NCBI GenBank assembly: GCA_963663275.1
Contig: OY760183.1
Span: forward strand, 960,001 to 1,024,000
Direction of reading: 5' to 3'
DNA from: Chloroflexota bacterium
GTDB lineage: Bacteria; Chloroflexota; UBA11872; VXOZ01
Length of the DNA: 64,000 nucleotides
The translations under genes and the position numbers were made by a program. The notes under the pieces are model-generated. The model made no database searches and was not told where the DNA came from. It saw nothing but the letters and a program-made list of their open reading frames with translations. How positions within the stretch are numbered: the stretch's first letter is position 1; each line of letters opens with the position of its first letter. Positions 18,993 to 30,654 of the stretch are shown here, piece by piece.

Positions 18993-20105
18993 TCACAGCG
19001 TCTCCACTTTTCGCTTCAAGATGAACAGCCCCGCCGCGAACGCGGCTACGCACCACGCCAGCAACATGCCCAGGTACGGCAGCACCTCCGACCACCCGGC
19101 GTTGTAGGCGCTGGACTGCACCACGGCTTGCACCAAGCCGTATGACGGCAAGACCGTCACCCAAGCCGCGGCCGTGCCGGGAAAGAGCGCCGCGATTGCC
19201 GGAATCATCAGCGGGATCATGAAGGCCATGCCGTAGAAGAGCGTTTCGATGAAGTCTTTGCCCGCGCTGCCGGCGATCAGCCCAAAGCCGGTGACCAGCA
19301 CCGCGCCCAGCAAGAGCGCGCAGAGTAGGATGAGTGGCTGCTGCCGGAACGAGCCGATGATGAGCAGCAGCAGTACCGCTTGCGCGAACGCCATGCCCGT
19401 GCCCAGGATGCCCTTGGCCGCCAGAAAGTCCGAAACCCGCGTGGGCGAGACCAGCACGGCGGTTACCGTGCGGGCCTGAATCTCGGTGGCTACCAGCGAA
19501 CTGAGGGCAAAGGTCTCGATGATGAGCGCCAGGAAGGCGAAGAGGGGGCGAATCTTCTCACGGAACGGCACCTGATCGCCGACGCGGTCTTCGCCCAGCA
19601 CGATTATCTCCCGGTCCGGTTCCGCCACCGGCAGGGGATTGCCCGACAGCGCGTAGGCGATTTCGCGCACGAAGCCGGCCATGGCGCGGCGGATCTCCGG
19701 CGGCACGTTGGCGTCCACGTAGACCCGCACGGTGGTCTGCTGGCCGGCGGCGACGCTTTGCAGGAAGCCGTCCGGGAAAGCCAAGCCGATCGCCAGCGGT
19801 TCTTCCGGCTCCGCGCCGCCCACGCCCAGGGCCGCCTCCAGCGCCTCGATGGTCTCGAACTGCACGATCTCAAGCCCCGCGCTCTGGTCGCCCATCACCG
19901 CGGCGAAAACCTCGTCCATGCCGGTCTGGCGAATGCCCACGGCAAACGACTCGTCCACGTTGCTGGGCATCAGCCAGAAGGCGAGGGCGTAGAAGGCGAT
20001 GCCAACCACGGTAATCACCACGAAGAACCGCTCGCGGCTGTATTCCAGCAGGTCCTTGCGTATGATCGCCCAGAGAATGGCGGCGCGCGAGGCTCCGGCG
20101 CTCAT
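18993..20105 (-). CDS. ABC-2 type exporter permease
   Basis: LVATEIQARTVTAVLVSP, multiple transmembrane segments. Confidence 0.9.
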   Translation of the reverse strand: MSAGASRAAILWAIIRKDLLEYSRERFFVVITVVGIAFYALAFWLMPSNVDESFAVGIRQTGMDEVFAAVMGDQSAGLEIVQFETIEALEAALGVGGAEPEEPLAIGLAFPDGFLQSVAAGQQTTVRVYVDANVPPEIRRAMAGFVREIAYALSGNPLPVAEPDREIIVLGEDRVGDQVPFREKIRPLFAFLALIIETFALSSLVATEIQARTVTAVLVSPTRVSDFLAAKGILGTGMAFAQAVLLLLIIGSFRQQPLILLCALLLGAVLVTGFGLIAGSAGKDFIETLFYGMAFMIPLMIPAIAALFPGTAAAWVTVLPSYGLVQAVVQSSAYNAGWSEVLPYLGMLLAWCVAAFAAGLFILKRKVETL

Positions 20106-20147
20106 GCGTGAAATCCTCTATCCGCTAATCGTGTGGTCGCTATCCCG

Positions 20148-21011
20148 CTATTCCTGCAAGCCGCGGCCCGTGAGCGTGATGAAGACGGCCTCCAGGGTCG
20201 CCTCTTCCGTGTGGATGGTCAGCAGGCCTTCCGCGCCCACCACCGCTTTCAGTTGGTCGCCGGTGTCGCTGTCGTCCAGCGGCACCACCTGCTCGCGCAC
20301 GTCGCCGTTCTCGCGGATGCGCACCCGCACCGAACGCTGGCCGTGGGCGAGTTTGAGGTTCTCCGGCGTGTCCAGCGCGGCGATCGTGCCGTCGTTGATG
20401 AAGGCTACGCGGTCTGAGAGTTTGTCCGCCTCGTCCATGTCGTGGGTGGTGAGCAGAATGGCCGCGCCGCGCGCCGCTTCTTCTTCGATGACCCGGCGAA
20501 TGGCCTGCGAGGAAACGGGATCAAGCCCGTCGGTCGGCTCGTCGAGGAAGAGGATGTCCGGCGTGTTGATGAGGCAGCGCGCCACCATCAGCCGCTGCTG
20601 CATGCCTTTGGAATAACCCTTCACGCGGTCGTCGGCGCGGTCGGCCAGACCCACCCGCTGCAAGAGCGGCGTGGGATCGAAGTCGCGGATGCCGAAGAGC
20701 CTGGCGAAGAAGCGCAGATTCTCCTTGGCGGAGAGGTTGAGGTAGAGGTTCTTCTCCTCGAAGCAGACGCCGATGCGGCCCTGGATTGTGTCGCGCTCTT
20801 TGGCGACGTCCATGCCCAGAATGGCAATGTCGCCGCTCTGGGGGCGCATCTGGCCGGTGAGCAGTTTGATGGTGGTGGACTTGCCCGCGCCGTTCGGCCC
20901 CAGGAAGCCCAAGACCTCGCCCTGGGCGACGCTGAAGCTGACGTCGTCCACGGCCTTGACGTCGCCGTAGGCGTAGCTGACGCCCTGAACGCGAATGGCT
21001 GCCTCGCTCAT
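20148..21011 (-). CDS. ABC transporter ATP-binding protein
   Basis: GPNGAGKST, YSKGMQQRL, LFLDEPTDGLDP, TTHDM. Confidence 0.95.
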   Translation of the reverse strand: MSEAAIRVQGVSYAYGDVKAVDDVSFSVAQGEVLGFLGPNGAGKSTTIKLLTGQMRPQSGDIAILGMDVAKERDTIQGRIGVCFEEKNLYLNLSAKENLRFFARLFGIRDFDPTPLLQRVGLADRADDRVKGYSKGMQQRLMVARCLINTPDILFLDEPTDGLDPVSSQAIRRVIEEEAARGAAILLTTHDMDEADKLSDRVAFINDGTIAALDTPENLKLAHGQRSVRVRIRENGDVREQVVPLDDSDTGDQLKAVVGAEGLLTIHTEEATLEAVFITLTGRGLQE

Positions 21012-21111
21012 GGGTTGCGTCTCCTTTGTCCACGGTGGGCCGGAGCATCTTTGCCCGCGAAGGGGTCTTGAACCGATCCGTCATTCCCGCGCGTAGGGAT
21101 ACATCTCTTTC

Positions 21112-21153
21112 CGCCGGTGTAGGGGCACGACATGTCGTGCCCCTACACCGGCG
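21112..21153. repeat. REP family B palindrome
   Basis: CGCCGGTGTAGGGGCACGACATGTCGTGCCCCTACACCGGCG. Confidence 0.88.
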
Positions 21154-21225
21154 CGCGGCGCGTTGCAAGATGCGGGAGACAAGCCCCCGCGCTACGTGGC
21201 TTGGGCTTTCGATGGGTAGACTCTA

Positions 21226-21876
21226 TCACGAAACGCCCAATTGGGGGCCGATAATGTGCCAAATTGCGGCGGCCGCGTCGTCAACGCCCAGCGTCGCGTC
21301 AACCGCGCGCCAACGGTCGGGTTCCGCGCGCGCAAGGGCGTGGTAACCGGCGGCAACCTTTTCGTGGAAGGCCAGGTCGAGGCGGTCCATGCGGTTGGGC
21401 ACCGCGGCGCCGTCTGCCGGGCCGAAGCGCCGTTCCAGACCGGCCGCGGCGGGCAGGTCGAGCAGGAGCGTTAGATGGGGAACCAGGCCGCCGGTGGCGA
21501 AATGATTGAGCGTCCGCAGCGTGGCAAGATCCTGGCCGCGGGCGTAGCCCTGATAGGCAAAGGTCGAATCGCTGTAGCGGTCGCAGATGACCACGCGGCC
21601 TTCGGCCAGGGCCGGCCGGATCAGTTCATTGACCAGTTGCGCCCGGGCGGCGCACATGAGCAGCGCCTCGGTGTGGGGATGGATCTCCACGTTCGCCTGG
21701 TCGAGCACCACCGCGCGGATGCGGTCGCTGATGGGCGTGCCGCCCGGCTCGCGGGTCGTCACAACCGCGCGCCCGGCCCGCCGCAGCCGATCGGCCAGCC
21801 GCTCCACCTGCGTGGTCTTGCCGGAACCCTCCACGCCCTCGAACGTAATGAAGAAGTCCTGTGGTGCGTCTGCCAT
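21226..21876 (-). CDS. tmk: Thymidylate kinase
   Basis: FITFEGVEGSGKTTQ, TREPGGT, ICDRYSDSTFAYQG. Confidence 0.96.
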   Translation of the reverse strand: MADAPQDFFITFEGVEGSGKTTQVERLADRLRRAGRAVVTTREPGGTPISDRIRAVVLDQANVEIHPHTEALLMCAARAQLVNELIRPALAEGRVVICDRYSDSTFAYQGYARGQDLATLRTLNHFATGGLVPHLTLLLDLPAAAGLERRFGPADGAAVPNRMDRLDLAFHEKVAAGYHALARAEPDRWRAVDATLGVDDAAAAIWHIIGPQLGVS

Positions 21877-21937
21877 GCGCTCTCCAACCAGACGTTCTCC
21901 AACCCACGCGCCTTATCAACGGTCATTCCGATCTATC

Positions 21938-22007
21938 TGTCATTCCGAGCGCAGCGAGGAATCTACAGTGCCGGCATCCTAGATTCCTCGCTCCGCTCGG
22001 AATGACA
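21938..22007. repeat. Repeat family C: TGTCATTCCGAGCGCAGCGAGGAATCT...AGATTCCTCGCTCCGCTCGGAATGACA inverted pair
   Basis: Also at 55444-55537, 58000-58091 and 58852-58930. Confidence 0.88.
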
Positions 22008-22127
22008 TGTAGGCCGCGTTCGGAACAACGTGAAAGCGATGATCGGAAAGACTATGCGTAAACGAATCACCCACCGCGTATTGGAAAACATGGACCTGCC
22101 GCCGACGCCTCACGCTCCTGAAAACTC

Positions 22128-23561
22128 TCACACTCCCGCCAGGGCGCGGGCGGCCTGGATGAGGGCCCGCACCTGGTCGGGGCTGCCGGCCTCGGCGTAG
22201 ACGCGCATGATCGGTTCCGTGCCGGAGAAGCGCACGCAGACCCACGCGCCGTCTTGCAGGGTGTAGTGGAAGCCGTCCTCAGTGCGGCTCTGCACGACGT
22301 CGCTATTCGCCAGTTTCGTTGGCGCGTGCGCGTGCAGGCGCGCGGTGATGTTTGCGCGTTCCTCCTGGGGAAAATCCAGGTCCAGCCGGTCGTAGTGGTG
22401 CGGCCCTACCAGGCTGAAGAGGCGTTCCACCAGTTCGGACGGCGTGCGCTCGGTGCGCACCACGTAGTCCAGCAGGAAGAGTCCCGCCAGGATGCCGTCG
22501 CGTTCGGGCACGTGGCCGCGGAAGGCGTAGCCGCCGCTCTCCTCGCCGCCCAGCAGCGCGCCGGTTTCCAGCATCTTGGGCGCGACGTACTTGAAGCCCA
22601 CCGGCGTCTCATGCACCGGCACGTCGAAGTGTTCGCCCAAGCGGTCGAGCATGGCGCTGGAGGTGAACGTCTTGACAATCGGCCCGCGCTGGCCGCGCGC
22701 TTCCAGCAGATAGAGCGCCAGCAGCGCGATGACGGTGAGTTGATTGAGGAAAGCGCCCTGTTCGTCGCACGCGCCCAGGCGGTCGGCGTCGCCGTCGGTC
22801 GCCAGGCCTAACTGCGCCCCCATCTGGCGCACGATGCTGACGAGGTCCTGCAAATTGCCGGGAATGGGCTCCGGGTTGTGCAGGCCGGGGAACATCGGGT
22901 TGCGCTCGTTGTGAAGGTCGTAGACCCGCAGCGAGCCGCCCTGCAGAATGCGGCTGAACCAGTTGATGCCGGCGCCATACATGGCGTCCACCACCAGGGT
23001 GCCGTCCCAGGCGCGCAAACCGCCCAGGTCGACCAGCCCGCCAATGTGTCGCAGATAGGCGGGCGCGGGATCGAACCGCGCGCACAGCCCCTGCGCTTCC
23101 GCCTGGGCGAGGGCAAGGGAGCGCACGTCGCGGGGATGCAGCCCGTCTACAATCTCTTCGATCTTTGCCAGTTCCTCAGGCGGCGTGGCGCCGCCGTAGG
23201 CGGAGCGCACCTTGTACCCCTGGTAGTCGAACGGGTTATGGCTGGCCGTGAGCGTGATGCCGCCGCCGGCCTGCCGGTTGATGATGGCGTGGGCAAAGAC
23301 CGGCGTGGGCGTGGGGGACTCGGCAAGCGCCGCCGGTATGCCGTTAGCGGCCAGCACCTCGGCGGCCGCCTCCGCGAACATCTCGGCGTTGAAGCGGGTG
23401 TCGTAGGCCACCACGAAACCTCGCGCGGCCTCATCCGGATGCGCTTCCTGCCAGTATTGCGCTACGGCCTGCGTGAGCAGGCGCACGTTGTCGACCGTAT
23501 AGTCGGCGCCGATGACGGCGCGCCAGCCGTCCGTGCCAAATCTCGGCGGTGAAGACTCCAT
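22128..23561 (-). CDS. Phosphoglucomutase/phosphomannomutase
   Basis: FGTDGWR, TASHNP, TDGDADR, GGEESGG, RFSGTEP; ATG 23561 behind AAGGAG. Confidence 0.95.
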   Translation of the reverse strand: MESSPPRFGTDGWRAVIGADYTVDNVRLLTQAVAQYWQEAHPDEAARGFVVAYDTRFNAEMFAEAAAEVLAANGIPAALAESPTPTPVFAHAIINRQAGGGITLTASHNPFDYQGYKVRSAYGGATPPEELAKIEEIVDGLHPRDVRSLALAQAEAQGLCARFDPAPAYLRHIGGLVDLGGLRAWDGTLVVDAMYGAGINWFSRILQGGSLRVYDLHNERNPMFPGLHNPEPIPGNLQDLVSIVRQMGAQLGLATDGDADRLGACDEQGAFLNQLTVIALLALYLLEARGQRGPIVKTFTSSAMLDRLGEHFDVPVHETPVGFKYVAPKMLETGALLGGEESGGYAFRGHVPERDGILAGLFLLDYVVRTERTPSELVERLFSLVGPHHYDRLDLDFPQEERANITARLHAHAPTKLANSDVVQSRTEDGFHYTLQDGAWVCVRFSGTEPIMRVYAEAGSPDQVRALIQAARALAGV

Positions 23562-23874
23562 CGCGGTCTGATTGCTCCTTCCCAGAGCGGCAGAGCATGT
23601 CTTGCGGGGCCGCGGTCGCTTAGGCCCCCGCAAGACCGCGTTCGCGTAATGCCCCCACAATGCCTAAGGGACTGAGACAAGCAAGCTGCAGAGGACTGAG
23701 TGTCTCACGCAAACACAATCTCATGTGCGCCGCAAATCGCCGACAATCACTCCGTCCCAGCTAAATCCGCCCTGACTTTGGCGGCAATCTCATTCATACG
23801 CCCTTCACCCACACGCTCTTCCTGGGAGACACCCAAGTACGCGAAAACTTGCACGCTGCGCCGGTTGGCTCGCT

Positions 23875-25302
23875 CTACCAGCCGCCCACAAGCTCCTGCC
23901 ACTTGGCGATGATGTTGTTCCACTCCTGCTCGACGTTTACCAGGCCCTCTTGGATTGTGATGTTGCCTGCCATGACGTCGGGCAAGAACTGTGACAGGGC
24001 CGTGCGCATCTCATCGGCGCCGGGAATCGGCAGCGAGTGGGAAGCGCGGAACGGGATCTGGTAGCTCTGGTGCTCGAGGAACGGATCGCCTTCGGTGAAC
24101 TCCTCCGAATTGGCCACCGAAAGCCGGATGGGCACGCGGTCCCACGCCTTTGCCCAACGCAGATTGTTCTCGGGCCGGGACACGAACTCAATCCAGGCAA
24201 ATGCCTCTTCCGGTACGGTCGTCCACGACGACATGATCCAGATGTGGTGCCCGCTCCAACTCGCCTGGCGCACCGCATTGGGCGGTTTCGGATGCTCGAT
24301 GATGCTGAATTCGAAAGTCTCATCGATTGGGTAGATTTCCGCCTTACGCGTAGAGTACGTCGCGTACATCGTGGCGGTAAAGTCGTTGACGAGCGCGGCG
24401 CCCCGCGGCGAACCGGAGGGTCGCGCGGTCTTGTAAAGCGTGGCAAGCGCGTCCCAGCCGCCTTGGAGGTCGTTCACCTTCTTGACCCACGTCAGCGCCT
24501 CGACCCCTTCCGGGCTATTGAGCGCCGCTTTGCTCAGGTCATCGCTAATCCGCTTTCCGCCAAGTTGCAGGAACGGCGTAATCCACTGGTACCTGCCGCC
24601 GCTGCCCCATTCGGGCGGGAACCCGGCAACCACCAAATTGCCGGCCGCGTCCTTGCGCATGGTCTTCTGCACAACCGCTTCCAGGTCGTCCCAAGATTCG
24701 GGGCCGTTATTCGGGTCCAGGCCGTTCTCCAAGAAGATATCGTCGTGCATGTAGAGCACACGCAGGTCGGGGCCATAGGGGAAGCCGTAGAGCTGACCGT
24801 CCTTGTTCCAAATCATGTTCTCGGTCAGGCTGGTCCAGATGTCCTCCATGTCGATGTTGGAGCTTTTGACAACGTCGTTGAGGCCCCGGGCCTGGCCGAG
24901 CGCGCCGAGTTCGATGGCGTGCCACTCACCCCAGGAACTGATGTCGTGCGGCGAGTTGGCGGCAAACGCCGTGCGAAACGCTTCGTAGCGTTCGCTCGAT
25001 CTCGTCGACGGGGGATTGACGTCAAAATCGATGTCGGGATACTCTGCGCGGAACTCGGCGACCAGTTCGGCGGAAAGGCCCTCTTCTTCCTGGAACTTGA
25101 AGTAGGGATGCGTGGCAAACAGGACGTACGCGGCCTCTTTCTCAGGAGGCGCGGCTTCTGCTTGCGGCGCTTCCGCTTGCTCTTCCTCAACCATGGTTGC
25201 CGCGGGCACAGCGCCGCAGGCAGCCAACCCGAGAATGGCAAGCGATCCTCCTGCGCCTGCCAAGACATGGCGGCGTGAAAACCGCTTTGCGTGTAGATCC
25301 AT
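23875..25302 (-). CDS. Extracellular solute-binding lipoprotein (carbohydrate ABC type) with Tat-like signal, orphan
   Basis: KRFSRRHVL twin-Arg, LAAC lipobox, LYGFP, PESWDDL. Confidence 0.85.
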   Translation of the reverse strand: MDLHAKRFSRRHVLAGAGGSLAILGLAACGAVPAATMVEEEQAEAPQAEAAPPEKEAAYVLFATHPYFKFQEEEGLSAELVAEFRAEYPDIDFDVNPPSTRSSERYEAFRTAFAANSPHDISSWGEWHAIELGALGQARGLNDVVKSSNIDMEDIWTSLTENMIWNKDGQLYGFPYGPDLRVLYMHDDIFLENGLDPNNGPESWDDLEAVVQKTMRKDAAGNLVVAGFPPEWGSGGRYQWITPFLQLGGKRISDDLSKAALNSPEGVEALTWVKKVNDLQGGWDALATLYKTARPSGSPRGAALVNDFTATMYATYSTRKAEIYPIDETFEFSIIEHPKPPNAVRQASWSGHHIWIMSSWTTVPEEAFAWIEFVSRPENNLRWAKAWDRVPIRLSVANSEEFTEGDPFLEHQSYQIPFRASHSLPIPGADEMRTALSQFLPDVMAGNITIQEGLVNVEQEWNNIIAKWQELVGGW

Positions 25303-25592
25303 TAGATCGCCTTTCTCACACGTTACGACTGAACCACACGGGCGCCAGTGGCGCGTGTCCTGAAGAACGGTCGCTATACCCGTGCCGCGGTGAAACTCCA
25401 GTGATCAGTCTTGAAAAGCCGTACCTCCTTTCCCCTCCGGCTCAGGAGTCCGTTTCCAACGGAGCAACGCGCTTACTGGCGTTGGGCTATTGGCACAAAC
25501 TATCTCTTGACTGCTTTCACTTGTCTGTGTGAGACCTGCAAGCAAGTTCGGGTACGGATCGCTGGGGCCGCGCCCCATGCACAGGACCGTGG

Positions 25593-26369
<777 letters not shown>

Positions 26370-26446
26370 GATTACCTCCCTGGAACTGCGGTGTCCTGCC
26401 GCGATGAAGTCAGCCAGGCGCAAACCGGCGGCGCGTCACGCCGCGC

Positions 26447-27685
26447 TTAGCGCCGGCCGACGCCCAGACGCCGTTCTATCCGGCGGCTGGCGTATGACAT
26501 TGTGTACGTAAACAACCAAAAGACCACTGCCACGAAGAGTAAGAGTTCCCGTCCGTTGTCGGTAAACTGGACGTTGCCCTGCACAATCGAGCGTCCCATC
26601 TCCAGGATGTCCAACATGCCGACGATGTAGACCAGGCTGGTGTCCTTGAAGAGCGCGATGAACTGTCCCACAATGGCGGGAATCACGTTGCGGATTGCCT
26701 GGGGCAGGAGAATCAGCGTGGTCACGCGCCAGCCGGGCAGGCCGAGCGCGCGGGCGGCCTCGGCTTGGCCCGGGTGCAGGCCCTGCAAGCCGCCGCGAAT
26801 GTTCTCGGCGGTGTAGGCCGCTGAAAAGAGCGTTATCGTAATGGCCGCCCGTGTGACCGAGTCGACCGGGAAGTTCGCCGGCAAGGCCAGCGGCACGAGC
26901 ACTTGGGACATGAAGAGCAGCGTAATCAGCGGCACGCCGCGAAAGACCTCGATGAAGACCACGCAGAGCACTTTGACCACCGGCAGGGCGCTCCGCCGCC
27001 CCAACGCCAGCAACACGCCAATCGGAAAGGCGAAGAAGATGCCGGAAACCGCCAGAATGAGGTTGAGCATCAAGCCGCCCCATTGCCGCGGCGGCACCTC
27101 CTCCATGCCGGGCACGCCGGGCAGACCGTTCAGCAGAACGAGCAAGGCCAGGTAGACCACGATGCTGCCCACGATGAAGTTGCGCGGACTCGCGATGCGC
27201 GGAAGGGAACCCAGGCCGAAACCGAGGGCGAGGGTCAGGAGATTGGCCAGGATGCAGGCGCGCACCCAGCCGGGCATTACCACGCCCTCGTGGAAGAGGC
27301 CGTAGGGCAATACGCCAATCACGACGTCGACGACGGCGAAGCCAATGGCGATGCGCAGCGCCGAGCCGTGCCACATGGCGGCGGCCATGCCGAACGGAAT
27401 GGAAACCAACAACCAGCCTACCAGCGGCCGCCAGGCGTACTCGGTGGGATAGAGGCCGATGAGGTATTGCTGCGGCCGGCTGGTGACCAGCGTCCAATCG
27501 GCGTCGCCAATGACCCAGCGCAGAATGCTCCAGACCACCCACAGGATCAGAGGGACGGTGACGACGGTGACGATGCCGCTGAGCCGGCTGCCAAAGAGGT
27601 TATTTCGCGCCCAGCCGATCCAGCCGGTTTCCGTGCGCGGCGGCGGCAGCGACGGCGCCGGTTCCCAAACGTCCGCGGTAGCCAT
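26447..27685 (-). CDS. aapM: Amino-acid ABC permease (AapM/BztC)
   Basis: WGGLMLNL, FIEVFRGVPLITLLFM, FIALFKDTSL. Confidence 0.88.
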   Translation of the reverse strand: MATADVWEPAPSLPPPRTETGWIGWARNNLFGSRLSGIVTVVTVPLILWVVWSILRWVIGDADWTLVTSRPQQYLIGLYPTEYAWRPLVGWLLVSIPFGMAAAMWHGSALRIAIGFAVVDVVIGVLPYGLFHEGVVMPGWVRACILANLLTLALGFGLGSLPRIASPRNFIVGSIVVYLALLVLLNGLPGVPGMEEVPPRQWGGLMLNLILAVSGIFFAFPIGVLLALGRRSALPVVKVLCVVFIEVFRGVPLITLLFMSQVLVPLALPANFPVDSVTRAAITITLFSAAYTAENIRGGLQGLHPGQAEAARALGLPGWRVTTLILLPQAIRNVIPAIVGQFIALFKDTSLVYIVGMLDILEMGRSIVQGNVQFTDNGRELLLFVAVVFWLFTYTMSYASRRIERRLGVGRR

Positions 27686-27720
27686 AGACTAACTCGTGCC
27701 TTTTCAACTCGATGCTGCGG

Positions 27721-27912
27721 TGCTGTTTCGCCCTCACCCTAACCCTCTCCCTCGGGGAGAGGGGACAGGAATGGAGGCTTTCAGTTCTGCTGTTTTGCCC
27801 TCACCCTAGCCCTCTCCCTCAGGGAGAGGGGACAGGAATGGAGGCTCTCAGTTCTGCTGTTTTGCCCTTACACCTTGGCCCTCTACCCGAGGGAGAGGGG
27901 GCAGGATTGGAG
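27721..27912 (+). repeat. Tandem array of about 3 x 67 bp of repeat family E (CCCTCACCCTAACCCTCTCCC..GGGAGAGGGG)
   Basis: TCAGTTCTGC recurs at 27781 and 27848. Single family-E copies lie near 12584, 40520, 51885, 55300 and 55395. Confidence 0.85.
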
Positions 27913-27989
27913 CCCTGATAGTGGAGCCTTGTCGTTGGCGCTGTGTTACGCGCCGCGCTTATCGGGAATCAATCTCGCTGGAATCGGCG

Positions 27990-29180
27990 CTAGCCTCCGG
28001 TGAACTGGATGTGGCGGTTATAGAGATTGCCGATGAGGGAATACGCGAGACTGAACAGCAAATAGACGCCCATTATGATGAGGAAGATGGAAACCGCCGG
28101 GGCGGTCTGTGTCATGGTCTTGGCCACGCTGGTCAGGTCGGCGTAGCCGATGGCCAGCGCCAGGCTGCTGTTCTTCGTCAGGTTGAGGTACTGGCTGATC
28201 ATCGGCGGCACGATGACGCGCAGCGCCTGGGGAAAAGTCACGAAGCGCAGGGTCTGCATGGTGCCCAGTCCCAGGGAGCGGGACGCCTCGGTCTGCCCGC
28301 GCGAGACGGACTGCAAGCCGCCGCGCACAATCTCGGCAATGAAGGCCGCCGTATAGATGATGAGAGCCACCAGCAAGGCCGTCAATTCGATGGAAATCGT
28401 GTACCCGCCCGCCGGATGGCCGAAGCGGCCCTCCGGTTCCGGCACGCTCATCACGAAGGGCGCGTCGCCAATGGCGACCCACACCAGCCACGCCACGAGC
28501 GCTCCCGCGGCTACCACGCCAATGCTCCCCAACCAGGGATACGACGGTTTGCCGGTGCGCGTCTCGCGCCGGTCCAGGTAGAGCCGGGTCGCGTGCCCCA
28601 GCGCAATCGCCAGCACAACGCAGAGCAGCCACAGCCCCGGGCGCTGCTGGCCTTCCGGCCAGGGGAACGAGAGGCCGGCGTTGTTGTTGAGGTAGATGGC
28701 GTTGAACCAGATGATGCCCTCGCGCACCGGCGGCAGGCCCAAGAGCAAGATGTACCAGAAGATGAGTTGCACCAGGAGCGGCACGTTGCGGAAGATCTCC
28801 ACAAAGACGGCGGCGACCTTGCTGATCACCCAGTTGCCGGACAACTGCACCGCGCCCACGACGATGCCGAGGAGCGTAGCGAGAGTCACGCCGATCACCG
28901 AGACCATCAACGTGTTGGTGGCGGCCACCAGAAATGCGTAGCCGAACGTGTCGCTCTCGTGATAGGGCAGCAGGTGCTCGCTGATTGGCGTGGAGTATTC
29001 GCGGTTCAGGAACGACCAGCCGAAGGGGATGTCGCGCTGGTCCATGGCGGTCGCGACGTTGGAGATGAAGAACGCCACCGCCGCCACCACCAGGATGCCC
29101 GAGACGATCTGCCCGGTCCAGCTCAGCACGCGGGAGTGCCGCCAGATCGGTATGCCCTGATACGTTAGCGAGAGTCGCAT
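27990..29180 (-). CDS. aapQ: Amino-acid ABC permease (AapQ/BztB)
   Basis: VEIFRNVPLLVQL, AEIVRGG, SQYLNLTKNSSLALAIGYADL. Confidence 0.88.
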   Translation of the reverse strand: MRLSLTYQGIPIWRHSRVLSWTGQIVSGILVVAAVAFFISNVATAMDQRDIPFGWSFLNREYSTPISEHLLPYHESDTFGYAFLVAATNTLMVSVIGVTLATLLGIVVGAVQLSGNWVISKVAAVFVEIFRNVPLLVQLIFWYILLLGLPPVREGIIWFNAIYLNNNAGLSFPWPEGQQRPGLWLLCVVLAIALGHATRLYLDRRETRTGKPSYPWLGSIGVVAAGALVAWLVWVAIGDAPFVMSVPEPEGRFGHPAGGYTISIELTALLVALIIYTAAFIAEIVRGGLQSVSRGQTEASRSLGLGTMQTLRFVTFPQALRVIVPPMISQYLNLTKNSSLALAIGYADLTSVAKTMTQTAPAVSIFLIIMGVYLLFSLAYSLIGNLYNRHIQFTGG

Positions 29181-29256
29181 CGTCCTCGATTCCTAGCTAC
29201 CGAGCCACGTGTTGCCGCAACGAGCAACCGTGTTCGCCGGTTCCATCACGTTACCG

Positions 29257-30393
29257 CTAGCGCAGCGGCGCGGCATAGATTTGCCCGCCTTTCGGGCAAT
29301 CGGTGCAGGGCGCGTTCGACCACAGGGCATTGCGCGACCCTTCGCGCGGCAGATTGATGTCGGTATCCGGGCCCAGGTTGCGGTTGTAGATCTCGCCGTA
29401 GTTGCCCAGCGCCTTGATTACGGTTTGCGCCACCGTCTGCTCCAGGCCCAGTTCCTCCTGGCCGAACGACCCCTCGGTACCCAGCAGGCGCTTGGCCTTC
29501 ACGTTTTCGCCGGCGGCGGCCTCGTCCACGTTCGTCGAGTTGACGCCGTAGGCTTCGGCGTAGATCAGGATGCCCATCACGGTCTTCACGATGTCGAACC
29601 ACTGCTCATCGCCGTGGGGCACCAGCGGCCCCAGCGGTTCCTCGGAAATCGTCTCCGGCAGGATGACGTGGTTCTCCGGATCGGGCAGCGTGCTGCGGAG
29701 CGCGGTCAGCGCCGAGCGGTCGGACGTAAAGACCTCGCAGCCGCCGCTCTTGTAGGCCTCGAACGCCACCTGCGACTCTTCGAATATCTTGGGACTGTAC
29801 TCCATGCCGTTCTGGCGGAAGAAGTCGGCCATATTGAGTTCGGTGGTGGTGCCGGTATTCACGCACACCGCCGCTCCGGCCAACTCATACGCGCTCGTCA
29901 CGCCCAAACTCTTGGGCACCATGAAGCCCTGGCCGTCGTAGAACATGGTCTGGGCAAAGTTGCCCCAGGCGGCGTCGCGGGAGGTAGTCCAGGTCGTGAC
30001 GTACACCAGCAGGTCCACCTCGCCCGATTGCATGGTGGGCCCGCGCTCGGCGGCCGAAATCACGCGAATCTCGACGGCATCAGGGTCGCCCAGCACGGCC
30101 GCGGCCACGGCGCGGCAGAGGTCGATGTCGAAGCCGACGTTGTTGCCGGCTTCATCCAGAGAGCCGAAGCCCGGCGTGTCGGTCAGGCTGGCGCAGACCA
30201 GGCGGCCGCGGGCGCGCACCGCCTCCAGGCGCGAACCTTCAGCCGGCGCGGCCACGGCCTCAGTCTCGGCTTGCTCCGCGGTCGTTTCCGCCGCCGGCTC
30301 GGCGGCGTCGGCGCAGGCTATGCTCAGCGCGAGCAGCAGCGCCACACCCAGAGCGGCAGCGTACTTTGCCGTTCGTCTCGCTATCGCAGGCAC
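29257..30393 (-). CDS. aapJ: Amino-acid ABC substrate-binding lipoprotein (AapJ/BztA paralogue 2)
   Basis: GFDIDLCRAVAAAVLGD, FYDGQGFMV, ISEEPLGP, GNYGEIY; GTG start behind GGAGG. Confidence 0.88.
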   Translation of the reverse strand: MPAIARRTAKYAAALGVALLLALSIACADAAEPAAETTAEQAETEAVAAPAEGSRLEAVRARGRLVCASLTDTPGFGSLDEAGNNVGFDIDLCRAVAAAVLGDPDAVEIRVISAAERGPTMQSGEVDLLVYVTTWTTSRDAAWGNFAQTMFYDGQGFMVPKSLGVTSAYELAGAAVCVNTGTTTELNMADFFRQNGMEYSPKIFEESQVAFEAYKSGGCEVFTSDRSALTALRSTLPDPENHVILPETISEEPLGPLVPHGDEQWFDIVKTVMGILIYAEAYGVNSTNVDEAAAGENVKAKRLLGTEGSFGQEELGLEQTVAQTVIKALGNYGEIYNRNLGPDTDINLPREGSRNALWSNAPCTDCPKGGQIYAAPLR

Positions 30394-30654
30394 GATCCTC
30401 CGCTCCTCTCCACTTCCGGCGCGGCAACGCCGCCTGTTTTCAAGTGTTTGCGCCAACCCGCGCCGGCCCACCGGGCGCGGCCTTCCGCGCGGCTATTTCA
30501 TATCAGTCTCACCGGCGCGGCGGTCTCAAGCGGACGACTTGCGGCGCCGGCGCATGGGACGCGCGGCTCAGCGGGCAGCGGCGCACTATAGTAAAAGCCG
30601 CGCCGGCCCGGACGTTCTCCAGGCCGACGCGACGATATTCAGCGACTGTACGCG